Shown: positions 11,501 to 22,978, numbered from the stretch's first letter. The stretch: 64,000 bases of DNA from an uncultured Acidimicrobiia bacterium (GCA_963805415.1 CAWDUD010000005.1:434455-498454), one strand, 5' to 3'. Made by a program: numbers and translations. Notes: a model not told the origin generated them from the letters alone.

Positions 11501-12420
11501 TGGACGTCCTGCGCACGCCCGACGATCGCTTCGTGGACCTCGCCCGGGTATCCGTTCGCGCCGCACTACATCGACGTGCCGCGCGGCGACGGCACGGGCA
11601 CGCTCCGCGTCCACCACCTCGACGAGGGCCCGCCGGACGCGGCCGAGACGGTGCTCCTGATGCACGGCGAGCCGTCGTGGAGCTACCTCTACCGCCACAT
11701 GATCCCGGTGCTCGTCGCCGCCGGGCACCGGGTGCGTCGCGCCCGACCTCGTCGGCTTCGGGCGGTCCGACAAGCCCGCGCGCCGCGGCCGACTACACCT
11801 ACCAGCGCCACGTCGAGTGGATGACCGAATGGCTCACGGCCAGCGGACCTCGCGGACGTCACGCTCGTCTGCCAGGACTGGGGCGGGCTGATCGGCCTGC
11901 GGCTCGTCGCCGCGATGCCCGAGCGCTTCCGGCGGGGTCGTGGCCGCCAACACCTTCCTCCCCACGGGTGATCGCGACCCGGGCGAGGCCTTCCGCGCGT
12001 GGCAGCAGTTCTCCCAGGACGTCGATCCGTTCCCGACGGGCGGCATCGTCAACGGCGGCTGCACGACCGACCTGTCCGAACGGTGATCGCCGCCTACGAC
12101 GCACCGTTCCCCGACGAGATCGTACAAGGAGGGCGCCCGCCAGTTCCCGCTGCTCGTGCCCACCTCACCCGACGACCCCGCCGCGGCACGCCAACCGGGC
12201 GGCGTGGGAGGTGCTCGAGCGCTTCGACCGACCGTTGCTGTGCGCGTTCTCCGACTCCGACCCGATCATGGCCGGCGCCGACGCGCCGTTCCGCGAGCGC
12301 ATCCCCGGCGCCGCCGGCCAGCCGCACACCACCATCGTCGGTGGCGGCCACTTCCTCCAGGAGGACCGCGGGCCGGAGCTCGCCGCCGTCGTCGACGACT
12401 TCATCGCCTCGACCCCGTGA
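11500..12420 (+). pseudogene. Haloalkane-dehalogenase-type alpha/beta hydrolase, multiple frameshifts
   Basis: Segments found: [58 protein letters not shown] (ORF 11576..11824), and the [11 protein letters not shown] nucleophile elbow. C-terminus: LLCAFSDSDPIMAGADAPFRERIPGAAGQPHTTIVGGGHFLQEDRGPELAAVVDDFI (frame of ORF 10903..12420). The pieces lie in at least 4 frames. Confidence 0.75.
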
Positions 12421-12523
12421 TGCCCGTGCCCGTCGTCCGACCGCTCCGCCGACACGGCACTGCGTAAGGTTCGCAGCCGTGTTCCGGGGGGAGACACACC
12501 GAATCGAGCCAGAGGTCGGCGCG

Positions 12524-14675
12524 GTGAACGCGCTCGCGATCCGACTGATCCCGTCGGCGACGATGCGCCGCGTGCTCGCGCGCGTGCTGCCGATCGCGGT
12601 CGTGGTGTTCGCGGTCGAGGTCTACCCGTACAAGGCGCCGCTCGGCGTCGTGCTCAACGGAGCGCTCATCGGCGGTCGCATCTCGCTGATCGCGCTCGGC
12701 ATCGCGCTCGTCTACCGGGCCAACCGGGTCATCAACTTCGCCGCCGCCGAGCTCGGCCTCGTGCCGACGGTGTTCGCGGTGCTGCTCATCATCACCGCGG
12801 GCTGGCCGTACCTGCTTGGGCGCCGCCGCCGGCGTCGCGGCGACGGTCCTCGTGGCCTTCATCGTGCAGGCGGCGATCGTCCGGCGGTTCTCGACCGCGC
12901 CGCGCCTGATCCTCACCGTCGCCACGATCGGGATCGCCCAGCTCCTGATCGGCGTGTCGCTGCTGCTCCCGGGTTGGATGGAGAAGCTCACCGGCCAGTC
13001 GTTCGAGCAGTTCGGCAGCACCCAGATCTCGCCGCCGTTCACCGTCCGGTGGGAGCTCGGCGGCACGTTCTTCAACGCCAACGACATCATCACGATGGTC
13101 GCGGTCCCGGTCTGCTTCGTGGCGCTGGGTTGGTTCCTCTCGCGGTCGAACACCGGACGCGCGGTGCGAGCGGCCGCCGAGCGTTCCGACCGCGCCGCGA
13201 CCCTCGGCGTCTCGGTGACCCGGGTGCACACGATCGTGTGGGTCGTCGCCGGACTGCTCGCCTTCGTCGCGGTGTTCCTCCGGGCGGGCACCGTCGGCCT
13301 CCCGCTGGGCCGGGTCCTCGGACCCGTCTTCCTGCTCCAGGCCATCGCCGCGGTCGTCATCGGGCGGTTCGAGAGCTTCCCCACGATCGCGATCGCCGGC
13401 ATCGGCATCGGCATCCTCGACCAGGCGAACACGTTCCAACCCGGGAACCGACCCGCGTTCAACGACGTCATGCTCTTCGTGATCGTGGTGGTCGCCCTCC
13501 TGCTCGCCAAGCGCCCGACGCTCACGCGTTCCGGCGACGTGTCGACCTGGCAGGCCGCGGCGGAGGTGCGGCCGATCCCCGCGGAGCTCGCGCACCTGCC
13601 GGAGGTCCGGGCCGCGAAATGGACGCTCGTCGCGGCCATCGCCGGCTTCGTCATGACCCTGCCCCTCTGGTTGACCGAGGCGCAGATGAACCTCGCGTCG
13701 GTCGTGGTCATCTTCGCGATCGTGGCGATCTCGCTCGTGGTCCTGACCGGCTGGGGCGGGCAGGTCAGCCTCGGCCAGGTCGGCTTCATGGGCGTCGGCG
13801 CGATCGTCGGCGGCGCCCTCACGAGCCGCCACGGATGGGACATCTCGCTGGCGATGATCGCGGGGGGCATCGCGGGCGCGATCGTGGCGGTGGTCATCGG
13901 CTTCCCCGCCATCCGGCGGCGGGGCCTGACGCTCGCGGTGGTCACCTACGGCTTCGCGCTCGTCGTGTCGAGCTTCTTCGTCGCCACCGAGTTCTTCGGC
14001 GACTGGCTGCCGCCGTCGCGCATCGAGCGGCCGGCGGTGTTCGGCGTCATCAAGATCGACACCGAGACCCGGTTCTACTTCTTCTGCCTCGTGATGCTCG
14101 CCGTCGTGATGTTCCTCGTCCGCGGCATCCGGCACAGCCGGACCGGGCGCGCGCTGATCGCGGTCCGCGAGAACGAGGACGCCGCGCGCTCGTACGGCAT
14201 CAGCGCCGTCCGCACGACCATCACCGGCTTCGCGATCTCCGGGTTCCTCGCCGCGCTCGCCGGTGTGCTGTTCGTCCACCAGCAACAGGGACTCGGGACC
14301 GCGGTCTTCGCACCGGACGAGAGCCTCGCGACGTTCTCGTCGGTGGTCATCGGCGGCATGACGTCGGTGCCCGGCGCGATCCTGGGCTCGGTCTACGTCC
14401 GCGGCACGGAGTACTTCCTGCCCGGGAACTGGACGTTCATCGCGAGCTCGTTCGGGCTGCTCATCGTGCTCTGGCTCCTCCCTCGCGGGCTCGGCGGCTC
14501 GCTCGCGCTGCTCCGCGACATGCTCCTGCGCCGGGTCGCCGAGCGACGCGGGATCGTCGTCCCGAGCCTGCTCGCCGACCGCCGCGTCGAGGAGGCCGAG
14601 CCCTCCGCCGCGGGCACCGCGCGCGTGCTCGCCGCGGTGGGCGGCGCCGACTCGGTGATCGAGGAGGCCTCCTGA
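12524..14675 (+). pseudogene. Fused LivH-LivM-type branched-chain amino-acid ABC permease (one frameshift near 12815)
   Basis: GTG 12524 starts ...VLNGALIGGRISLIALGIALVYRANRVINFAAAELG (frame of ORF 11999..15589). The reading continues in ORF 12816..14675 through a LivH-like half, a linker (TLTRSGDVSTWQAAAE), and a LivM-like half (ISLVVLTGWGGQVSLGQVGFMGVGA...RTGRALIAVRENEDAARSYGI). Confidence 0.8.
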
Positions 14676-17664
14676 TGGCTCCGTTCTGGCGCCTGTCGTG
14701 GTGGCGGGAGTGGGTCGACGGTCTCGGCGGCGCGCAGCCCCTGTACCCCCTGATCGTGCTGTTCGGCATCAACTGCGTCGACGAGCTGGACCGGCGCGGC
14801 TTCGACGTGCTGCTCCCCGACATCCGGGACCACTTCGGCATCAGCACCGGCGGGATCCTGACCGTCGTCGGCTTCGCGGGGGTCGCCGCGCTCCTGTGCG
14901 CCGTGCCGATCGGCTTCTGGGCCGACCGCATGAGCCGGGTGGTGATCATGATCGTCGGGGCCGTCGCGTGGGGTGCGTTCTCGGTGATGACCGGGCTCGC
15001 CACCACCATCGTGCTCCTCGGCGTCGCCCGGGCCGGCTCCGGGCTCGGGCGGGCCGTGGTCGACCCCACGAACCAGTCGCTGCTCGCCGACTACTACGAC
15101 ATCCCGGACCGACCGCAGGTCTACTCGTTCCATCGCGCCGCCAACGCGCTCGGGCAGTTCCTCGGCCCCCTCGGCGCCGGGCTCATCGCGGCCGCGTGGG
15201 GTTGGCGGGCGCCCTTCTTCGTGTTCGCGATCCCGACCGCGATCTTCGTGATCCTCGCGCTGCGGCTCCGCGAGCCGGACCGCGGGCTGTTCGAGCGCAG
15301 GGCGATGGGCCTCGAAGGCGACGAGCTCGCGACGGAGGACGTGCCCCCGAGCTGGGCCGAGTCGTGGCGCGCGATCAAGCAGGTCAAGACGCTCCAGCGG
15401 ATCTACGTCGCACTCCCCTTCCTGGCGTTGTCGATCATCGGGCTCGCGAGCCTCACGTCGCTCTTCTACGACGAGGCGTTCGGCCTGTCGGTCGCGGAGC
15501 GGGGCTACGTCGCCGCCGCGGCCGAGCCGGCACAGTTCATCGGCCTCCTGATCGGCATCCCGATCGCGACCGCGCCTCATGCGACGTGACCCCGGGCTGG
15601 TCCTGCGGTTCGTGGCCCTCGCGGGCGTGATCTCCGCGGTCGCGTTCGTGATCTTCTCGCAGTCGCGCATCCTCGGCATCGCGATCGCCATGAACGTGCT
15701 CGTGTCGGGCGTGACCGCGGTGGTCGGCCCCCGCGATCTTCGCCGCGCTCTCGCTCGCGATCCCGCCCAAGGTGCGCTCGTTCGGCTTCGGGGTCGCGGC
15801 GCTCTACGTGCTGCCCGGGCTCGCGATCCTCCCCGCGATCGGCGGGATCGCCGATGCCTGGGGCATCCGCACCGGGCTCCTGCTCATGGCGCCGGTGTTC
15901 CTGATCGGCTGCCTGGTCATCGCGTCGGGCGCGCCCCTCGTGACCCAGGACCTCCAGCGGTGTGGTCGGCGGCCGCGGCGCAGTCCGAGGTGCTGTACGA
16001 GCGGCGCCAGGGTCGCGCCAAGCTGCTCCTCTGCCGGGGCGTCACCGTGCACTACGACCGCGTGCAGGTCCTGTTCGGCGTCGACTTCGAGATCGACGAG
16101 GGTGAGATCGTCGCACTCCTCGGCACGAACGGCGCCGGGAAGTCGACGCTGCTCAAGGCGATCTGCGGCACGACGGAGGTGAGCGGCGGCGCGATCGTCT
16201 TCGACGGGCGGGACATGACCCACACGCCGCCGAACGAGGCGGCCGAGCGGGGCGTCACGATGGTGCCCGGCGGTCAGGGAGTGTTCCCGTCGCTGACGGT
16301 GAGGGAGAACCTCGCGCTCGCCGGTTGGCTGCACCGGAAGGATCCCGATCACGTCGCCGCCGCGACCGAGCGCGTGCTCGACCTGTTCCCGGTGCTGCGC
16401 GAGAGGATCGGCCAGGCCGCCGGGAACCTCTCGGGCGGCCAGCAGCAGATGCTGACCCTCGGGATGGCGTTCATCGAACGCCCCCGGCTGCTCATGATCG
16501 ACGAGCTGTCGCTCGGGCTCGCCCCCACGGTGGTGGCGCAGCTCCTCACGATCGTGCAGGAGCTGCGGGACACGGGCACCACGATCATCCTCGTCGAGCA
16601 GTCGGTGAACGTGGCGCTCACGGTCGCCGAGACCGCGTACTTCATGGAGAAGGGGGAGATCCGCTTCCACGGGCCGACCGCGGAGCTCCTCGAACGGCCC
16701 GACGTGCTCCGATCGGTGTTCCTCGAGGGAGCCGGCACCCGCGACGTCGCCGCCGCCGCGACCGTCGGCGCGGACATGAGGCCGCCCGCTCCCCCGGCTC
16801 CGAACGGCGACACCGGCGTCGAGCCGCTCGCCGCCGGGACGGCGCCGGCCGAGGACCGGCTCGAGGTCCGTGGCCTCGACAAGCGCTACGGCGGCGTCGT
16901 GGCGCTCGACGACGTGTCGCTCACCGTCCGCGCCGGCGAGATCGTCGGCTTCATCGGGCCGAACGGCGCGGGGAAGACCACGCTCTTCGACGCGATCTCG
17001 GGGCTCGTGCCCATCGACGGCGGCCGCGTGCTGATGAAGGCGAAGGACGGCGAGATCTACGAGCTCGGCGAGCGCCCCGCGCAGGTCCGCTTCCGGCTCG
17101 GGCCTCGGCCGGTCCTTCCAGGACGGCCGGCTCTTCCCGTCGCTCACCGTCGCCGAGACGATCGCGGTCGCGCTCGATTGCAGCGTCGACGTGAAGGATC
17201 CGATCGCGGCCGCGCTCGCGCTGCCCGCCGTCGCCGACTCCGAGGCCGCGGTCACGGCGCGGGTCGACGAGCTCATCGAGCTGATGGGCCTCGAGGCGTT
17301 CCGCAACAAGTTCGTGAGCGAGCTCTCGACGGGGAGCCGGCGGATCGTCGACCTGGCCTGCGTGCTCGCCCACCAGCCCTCCGTCCTCCTGCTCGACGAG
17401 CCCTCGAGCGGGATCGCCCAGCGCGAGGCCGAGGCGCTCGGACCCCTCATCCTGCGCATCCGCGACGAGCTGCACGCGAGCGTGCTCATCATCGAGCACG
17501 ACCTCCCGCTGCTGACGTCGGTCTCGGACCGCATGATCGCGATGGACCTCGGATCGGTCGTCGCGCAAGGCTCCCCCCACGACGTCGTGAACGACCCTCG
17601 GGTCGTCGCGGCATACCTCGGAGACAACACCGCCGCGATCGCCCGATCCGGCGCCCGCACCTGA
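14675..17664 (+). pseudogene. MFS-transporter domain fused to LivF-like and LivG-like ABC ATPase domains (frame-disrupted)
   Basis: ATG 14675 overlaps the permease stop (TGATG). About 430 codons of MFS-type membrane protein are spread over three frames: LIVLFGINCVDELDRRGFDVLLPDIRDHFG; RLMRRDPGLVLRFVALAGV; VRSFGFGVAALYVLPGLAILPAIGGIADAWG...LIGCLVIASGAPLVTQDLQR. This runs, with no in-frame stop and no new RBS, into VWSAAAAQSEVLYERRQ...LLGTNGAGKSTLL...LSGGQQQML (LivF-like). It then continues into LEVRGLDKRYGG...GPNGAGKTTLFD...LSTGSRRIVDLA...VVAAYLG (LivG-like). Stop is at 17662-17664. Confidence 0.7.
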
Positions 17665-17677
17665 CCCGGGAGGCACG

Positions 17678-19382
17678 ATGGAACCCACCAGCTCCAAAGG
17701 CGGAGGGCCGGCACGCGCCAGCGCCGCGAAGCGGTACGGCCCGCTGGCCGTGATCGTCGTGATCGGCGTGGTCATCGCGCTCGTCGTCGCGTTGACGGGG
17801 GGCGGCGACGACAAGTCCTCGTCCAAGGACAAGGGCGCCACCGTGTCCGCCGGCAAGGGCTGGCCGTTCTGGACGTCGGCAACGGCCGGACGCGCAGGAC
17901 TGGGGCCCGCACTGCGACACCAAGCTCGGCACCGTGAAGGTCCCGTGGACCCGCGCCGCGCCGTGCGCGAAGCAGCTGAGCGGCGACAACGGCGGCGCCA
18001 CCGCGAGCGGCGTCACGGCCGACTCCGATCAAGATCGTCGTCTACCAGGGCGACCCGGCGAAGAACCCGCTCCAGGCCGCGCAGGTGAAGGGCAGCGGCG
18101 CGGACGTGTCCCCGGCCACCGCCCGCAAGGTCGTACGACGGGTACTTCAACGGGCTTCCAGAAGCTCTACAACTTCTACGGCCGCAAGCTCGACGTCGTC
18201 TACTTCAACGGCACCGGCAGCCCGTCCGACGAGATCGCGGCCCGCAACGACGCCAAGGCGATCGCCGACATGCACCCCTTCGCGGTCCTGAGCGGCGCCA
18301 ACCAGACCCCGGTGTGGGCGCAGGAGATCGCGGCCAACGGCACTGATGTGCCTCGGCGACTGCTCGCTCGCCGTCCCGCAGGCGACGGTCGAGCAGAACG
18401 CGCCCGTACCTCATCGGCAACGGGCCGACCCCCGAGCAGGCCGCGCAGCTGACGGCCGAGCTGGTGATCAAGCAGCTCAAGGGCCACAAGGCGCAGTACG
18501 GCGGCGACGACGTGAAGAACAAGAACCGCGTCTTCGGCGTCGCGCACTACAACACGGTCGACAACCAGCAGGGCCCGGCGTTCGACGTGCTCAAGAAGGC
18601 GTTGAGCGACGGCGGCGTGAAGCTCGCGGCGGAGCAGGAGTTCCAGCTCGACATCGCCCGCGGCCAGGAGCAGGCCCGCACGATCATCAGCAAGATGAAG
18701 TCGGCGGGCGTCACCACGATCATCTTCACCGGCGACCCGCTCACACCCGTCGAGCCTCACCAAGGAGGCGACCGCGCAGAACTACTTCCCCGAGTGGGTC
18801 ATCGGCCCGAACGTGCTCGTGGACATCGCGCTGTTCGGTCGCACCTACGACCAGGCCCAGTGGCAGCACGCCTTCGGGATCCAGCTCACCGGCGCACGCG
18901 TGAACGAGAGCGCAACGAGTCGTACACGCTGTACCGGTGGTTCACCGGCCACACGCCGGAGAACAACACCTACGGCGTGATCCTCGCCGACCTCGCGGAC
19001 CTCGTGACCGGCATCCACCTGGCCGGTCCGGACCTCACGCCCGACTCGTTCGCCAAGGCGCCTCCAACAGGCGCCGGTCAGCGGCGGCACCCCGCTCTTC
19101 CCGCGGGCGTCGCGCGGCGAGCACGGGCTCTGGCCCACCTTCGACTGGGGCGGCTGGGACGACATCGGCGTCATCTGGTGGAACCCGAAGGCCCACGGTG
19201 AGGACGAGATCGGCCAGGTCGGCGACGGCCTGTACGAGTTCGCCAAGGGGGGCAAGCGCTACACCTACGGCAAGGTCCCGACGAGCGACATCGGCCTGTT
19301 CGATCCGGAGGGCTCGGTCACCATCTTCACGACGGTGCCGAAGGAGTTCCAGCCACCGTCGTACCCCTCACCCGCGAAGTAG
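17678..19382 (+). pseudogene. Large membrane-anchored ABC substrate-binding protein, paralog 1 (at least 8 frameshifts)
   Basis: MEPTSSKGG...YGPLAVIVVIGVVIALVVALTGG forms an N-terminal TM anchor. Blocks collinear with the intact paralog downstream are scattered over all three frames: PCAKQLSGDNGGATASGVTADS, GFQKLYNFYGRKLDVVYFNG, MCLGDCSLAVPQ, KSAGVTTIIFTGDPLTP, YFPEWVIGPNVLVDIALFGRTYDQAQWQHAFG, IHLAGPDLTPDSF, VIWWNPKAHGEDEIGQVGDGLYEFAKGG, QPPSYPSPAK. Stop is TAG 19380-19382. Confidence 0.75.
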
Positions 19383-19448
19383 CCGCCGGACGGGTCCCCC
19401 GGCGCCGTGGCCCGGCGTCGGGGGACCGTCCCGCTACCCTGCGCGGGA

Positions 19449-21149
19449 ATGGAACCGACCGCGAAGCCGCCCCGCACCTCGGGCGCGTCGCTGCGTCGCT
19501 ATCTCCCGATCCTCGCCGTCGTCGTCGTGATCGGGATCGTGGCCGCCGTCATCGGCCTCACCGGCGGGTCGGACTCCGGGTCGAAGGCGAAGGACCACCC
19601 GAAGGTGAGCACGCCGACGGGTTCGCACGCCGGCCCGGTCACGTTGAGCTCGGGGAACCGGGACTCGGTGGACTGGGGTCCGCGCTGCGACGTGTCGCGC
19701 GGGACCGTCGCCGTGCCCCTCACGTACGCGCCGCCGTGCGTGAAGCCCTTCACCGGCGACAACGGTGGCGCGACGGCACCCGGGGTCACCAAGGACACCA
19801 TCACCGTCGCGCTCTACCAGTCCCAGCCCGACATCCTCCAGAACGCGGCCCTCGACCGCAGCGGGTCGGACGAGTCGCTCGCCGCCGAGGCCACGACCGT
19901 CCGCCAGTACCTCGACTTCTTCGAGTCCCACTACGAGACCTACGGGCGCCACGTGAAGCTCGTCGTGGTGAAGGCGAGTGGTCCGCCCGACGACGACCAG
20001 ACCGCCAAGGCCGATGCGATCAAGGTCGCGACCCAGGTCAAGGCGTTCGCCAGCTTCGGCGGTCCGGGCCAGACCGAGGCCTACGCGCAGGAGCTCGCGG
20101 CCCGCGGGGTGCTGTGCCTCGGTGACTGCATGCTGGCGTCGTCGGAGTCCTTCGTGAACCAGCGCGCCCCGTACGTGTGGCTCACGCTGCCGGCCGTCGA
20201 CCAGTCCGCCACCCACTGGGCCAACTTCGTCGCACGGGGGCTCGCCGGGCACCCGGCCCGCTACGCCGGAGATCCGTCGCTGGCCCGCCGGCGACGCGTC
20301 TTCGGGCTCGTGCGCTTCGACGAGTCCTTCGCCGGGTTCCAGGAGGCGGGCACGCAGTTCATCGCCAAGCTCCGGGCCGGCGGCGTGAAGCTCGCGGCCG
20401 ACGCCCCGTACGAGCTGGACCTCGCACAGGCGCAGGAGAACGCCCGGAACACGATCGCGAAGCTGAAGTCCGCGGGCGTGACGACGGTGATGTTCGCGGG
20501 CGACCCGTTGACGCCCGGGTACCTCACCACCGAGGCCACGAACCAGGGGTACTTCCCGGAGTGGGTCGACCTCGGCGCCGCGTACAGCGACACGTCGCTC
20601 TTCGGCCGGACCTACGACCAGAAGCAGTGGAAGCACGCGTTCGGGGTGTCCTCCCTGTACGTCCCCACGCCGCCACGGCTCGACCAGTACGCCGACATCC
20701 TCTCGTGGCAGTCCGGGAAGCCGCCGGCCGCGAAGACGTACAAGGTGCTCGTCCAGGCGCCGCTGATCTTCTACACCGCGGTGCATCTCGCCGGGCCCGA
20801 CCTCACGCCCGAGACGTTCCGCGACGCCCTGTTCCGGTTCCCCTCGAGCCGGACCCAGGCGAGCCAGATCCACCTGTCGTGGGGGCACCACGACATCTGG
20901 CCGGGCACCGACTACTTCGGCGCCGACGACGCCACCGTCATCTGGTGGAACCCCGACGCGAAGGGCATCGACGAGGTCGGCAACGCCGGCACCGGGATGT
21001 GGGAGTTCGCCGACGGCGGCCGGCGGTACCTGCCCGACCAGTGGCCGTCCCGTGCGCCGACCCTGTTCGACGCGTCGACGTCGGTCACGAGCTTCGACGC
21101 GTTCCCTCCCGGCCAGGGCCCGCCGAGCTACCCCTCCCCCGCCCGCTGA
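19449..21149 (+). CDS. Large membrane-anchored ABC substrate-binding protein, paralog 2 (intact)
   Basis: ORF 19407..21149, with the probable start at MEPTAK (19449). It has a basic N-terminus, then the TM helix LPILAVVVVIGIVAAVIGL with no lipobox Cys, followed by about 520 aa of periplasmic-binding-protein-like sequence collinear with paralog 1. It lies directly downstream of the transporter genes. Confidence 0.8.
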   Translation: MEPTAKPPRTSGASLRRYLPILAVVVVIGIVAAVIGLTGGSDSGSKAKDHPKVSTPTGSHAGPVTLSSGNRDSVDWGPRCDVSRGTVAVPLTYAPPCVKPFTGDNGGATAPGVTKDTITVALYQSQPDILQNAALDRSGSDESLAAEATTVRQYLDFFESHYETYGRHVKLVVVKASGPPDDDQTAKADAIKVATQVKAFASFGGPGQTEAYAQELAARGVLCLGDCMLASSESFVNQRAPYVWLTLPAVDQSATHWANFVARGLAGHPARYAGDPSLARRRRVFGLVRFDESFAGFQEAGTQFIAKLRAGGVKLAADAPYELDLAQAQENARNTIAKLKSAGVTTVMFAGDPLTPGYLTTEATNQGYFPEWVDLGAAYSDTSLFGRTYDQKQWKHAFGVSSLYVPTPPRLDQYADILSWQSGKPPAAKTYKVLVQAPLIFYTAVHLAGPDLTPETFRDALFRFPSSRTQASQIHLSWGHHDIWPGTDYFGADDATVIWWNPDAKGIDEVGNAGTGMWEFADGGRRYLPDQWPSRAPTLFDASTSVTSFDAFPPGQGPPSYPSPAR

Positions 21150-21791
21150 TCCGGCTGCGGTCGCCGCCGTCGTGCCGTGAGGACCTTGACCCATTCGGCG
21201 CGCTCGGTGTCGTAGCGGCGGATCACCCGGGCCGGGTTGCCGACCGCGACCGAGTAGCTCGGCACCTCGCCCGTCACCACGGACCCCGCGCCGACGGCCA
21301 CGTGCTCGCCGACGGTCGCGCCCGGCAGCACGATGGAGCCGTGTCCGAGCCACGAGCCGGCACCGACGACGACCGGGCGCGGTGGCGCGAACTGCCGGCC
21401 GATCGTCTCGTGGACGTCCTCGTACCCGTGGTTCGCGTCCGTGATGTACACGTGGTGCCCGGTGAAGACGCCCTCGCCGATCGTGATGGAGCGGTGGCCG
21501 ACGACCCCACTGCCCCGACCGATGAGCACCGGTCGCCGATGGTCACCACCGGGTCGTGGTCGGGCACGTGACCCGGCATCACGCCGGCGGAGAGGCTGCA
21601 GTACGGGCCGACCACGACGTCCGCGCCGATGCGGATGTAGCGCTCGCCGTAGACCGCCACGGTCGGGAACAGGATCCCGATCCGGCGCCGAACGCGCCGA
21701 AGCGGCGCGCCCGCCGGCTGCGGGGTCCGATCGCCGCCTGGCGCGCGTACCACCGGTAGAACCCTTCGAAGGCACCTCCGAGTCCACGCAC
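21128..21791 (-). pseudogene. Hexapeptide-repeat (LbH) acyltransferase, frameshifted
   Basis: N-terminus FYRWYARQAA (ORF 21579..21791). Then ILFPTVAVYGERYIRIGADVVVGPYCSLSAG...VVTIGDRC (ORF 21274..21753). Then LIGRGSGVVGHRSITIGEGVFTGHHVYITDANHGYED...VVVGAGSWLGHGSIVLPGATVGEHVAVGAGSVVTGEVPSYSVAVGNPARVIRRY (ORF 21128..21946). Left-handed beta-helix repeats are obvious. Confidence 0.65.
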
Positions 21792-21830
21792 CGCCGGAAT
21801 GTAGCGGTGCCGGCCCTAGGGTGAGCGCCG

Positions 21831-22857
21831 GTGCATCTCGGACTGCTCTTCGAGTACCCCCAGGGCGACGGTGGCGACGGCTTCGAGCGGGCGGTCCGCC
21901 TCGGACTCGACCGCTCCGGGTTCCGAACCGCGAACGTCACCGTCACCCGCCACGAGACCCTCGGCCTGCCCCACGGCCGGCTCGAGGACGTCGTCGCCGG
22001 CTACGAGACGCTCGCGGCCGCCGGGGCGGACCTGATCCTCGGCCCGTCGATCTCGGACAACTGCCTCGCCGCCCGTGACGTCGCCGACCGGCTCGAGGTC
22101 CCGGCGATCAACTACTCGGGCGGTGAGCGCACCCGCTCGGCGTGGATGTTCCAGTACCAGATCGGGTCCCTCGAGGACGAGCCACCGCTGCTCACCGCCC
22201 GCATGGGCGAGCGCGGCCTCGGCGTCCTGTGCGATCGTGCACGACGCGTCAGTCGTCGGCGACCGCTACCGCGAGGTCTTCGGCTGGTCCGCTGCCGACG
22301 CGGGGATCGGGGTGACCGGGTCGGTCGCGATCGACCCGCTGACCACCGATGCCTCCGCCGTCGTCGCCGGGCTGCAGCCGGGCGACCCCGACGCCGTGGT
22401 CTACCTCGGGCTCGGCGCCGCGTCGCACGCCGTCGCGACCGCGATCCTCGACGCGGGCTGGGACGTCCCCGTCCTCGCGAACTCCGCGCTCATGTTCGGG
22501 TACGTCCGTCCCGATTGGCGCGACGCGTGGGCGACGTGGGAGTACGTCGACACCATCGCGGACGACAACCCGGTCCGGCAGGAGCTCGCCGGGGTGGACC
22601 CGCGGAGCGCGGCGAGCCCGGTCGGGTGCGCGGCCTACGACCTCGGTCGGCTGGCGGGGCACACGGCGCGCCGCGCGCCGTCGATCGACCCCGCGGGGCT
22701 GCGCGAAGGCCTGGAGCGGGTGAAGCAGCTGCCCGCCGCGTCGGGGTCGGCGGGCACGCTGATGGGCTTCGGTGTGTGGGACCACGCCGCGTTGAAGGGT
22801 CCGTTCCTCGTCCTGCGCGCCTGGCGCGACGGCAGGACCGTCCAGCTCGCCCGGTAG
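21831..22857 (+). pseudogene. LivK/Peripla_BP_6-like ligand-binding protein without signal peptide (one frameshift near 22230)
   Basis: GTG 21831 starts MHLGLLFEYPQGDGGDGFERAVRLGLD...LILGPSISDNCLAARDVADRLEVPAINYSGGERT. The reading continues in ORF 22075..22857 (VYLGLGAASHAVATAILDAGWDVPVLANSALMFG...). No hydrophobic leader or lipobox is present. Confidence 0.55.
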
Positions 22858-22920
22858 CTCGAACCCCCGCGACGACACCCGGGCGCCCGGCAGGGTCATC
22901 CGAGCCCTCCCCGGACCGAC

Positions 22921-22965
22921 CGCTCGTCGCCCCGTCCCCGGAAACCGGAGCCCGGGCGACGAGCG
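22921..22965. terminator. Strong stem-loop between convergent genes (probable bidirectional terminator)
   Basis: cgctcgtcgccc (22921-22932) is the perfect reverse complement of gggcgacgagcg (22954-22965). The 21-nt loop contains an inner ccgg-aaa-ccgg hairpin. The element lies between the stop of the + gene (22857) and the stop of ku (22979). There is no U-tract, as is usual in high-GC genomes. Confidence 0.55.
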
Positions 22966-22978
22966 CGGGCTGGATCCG

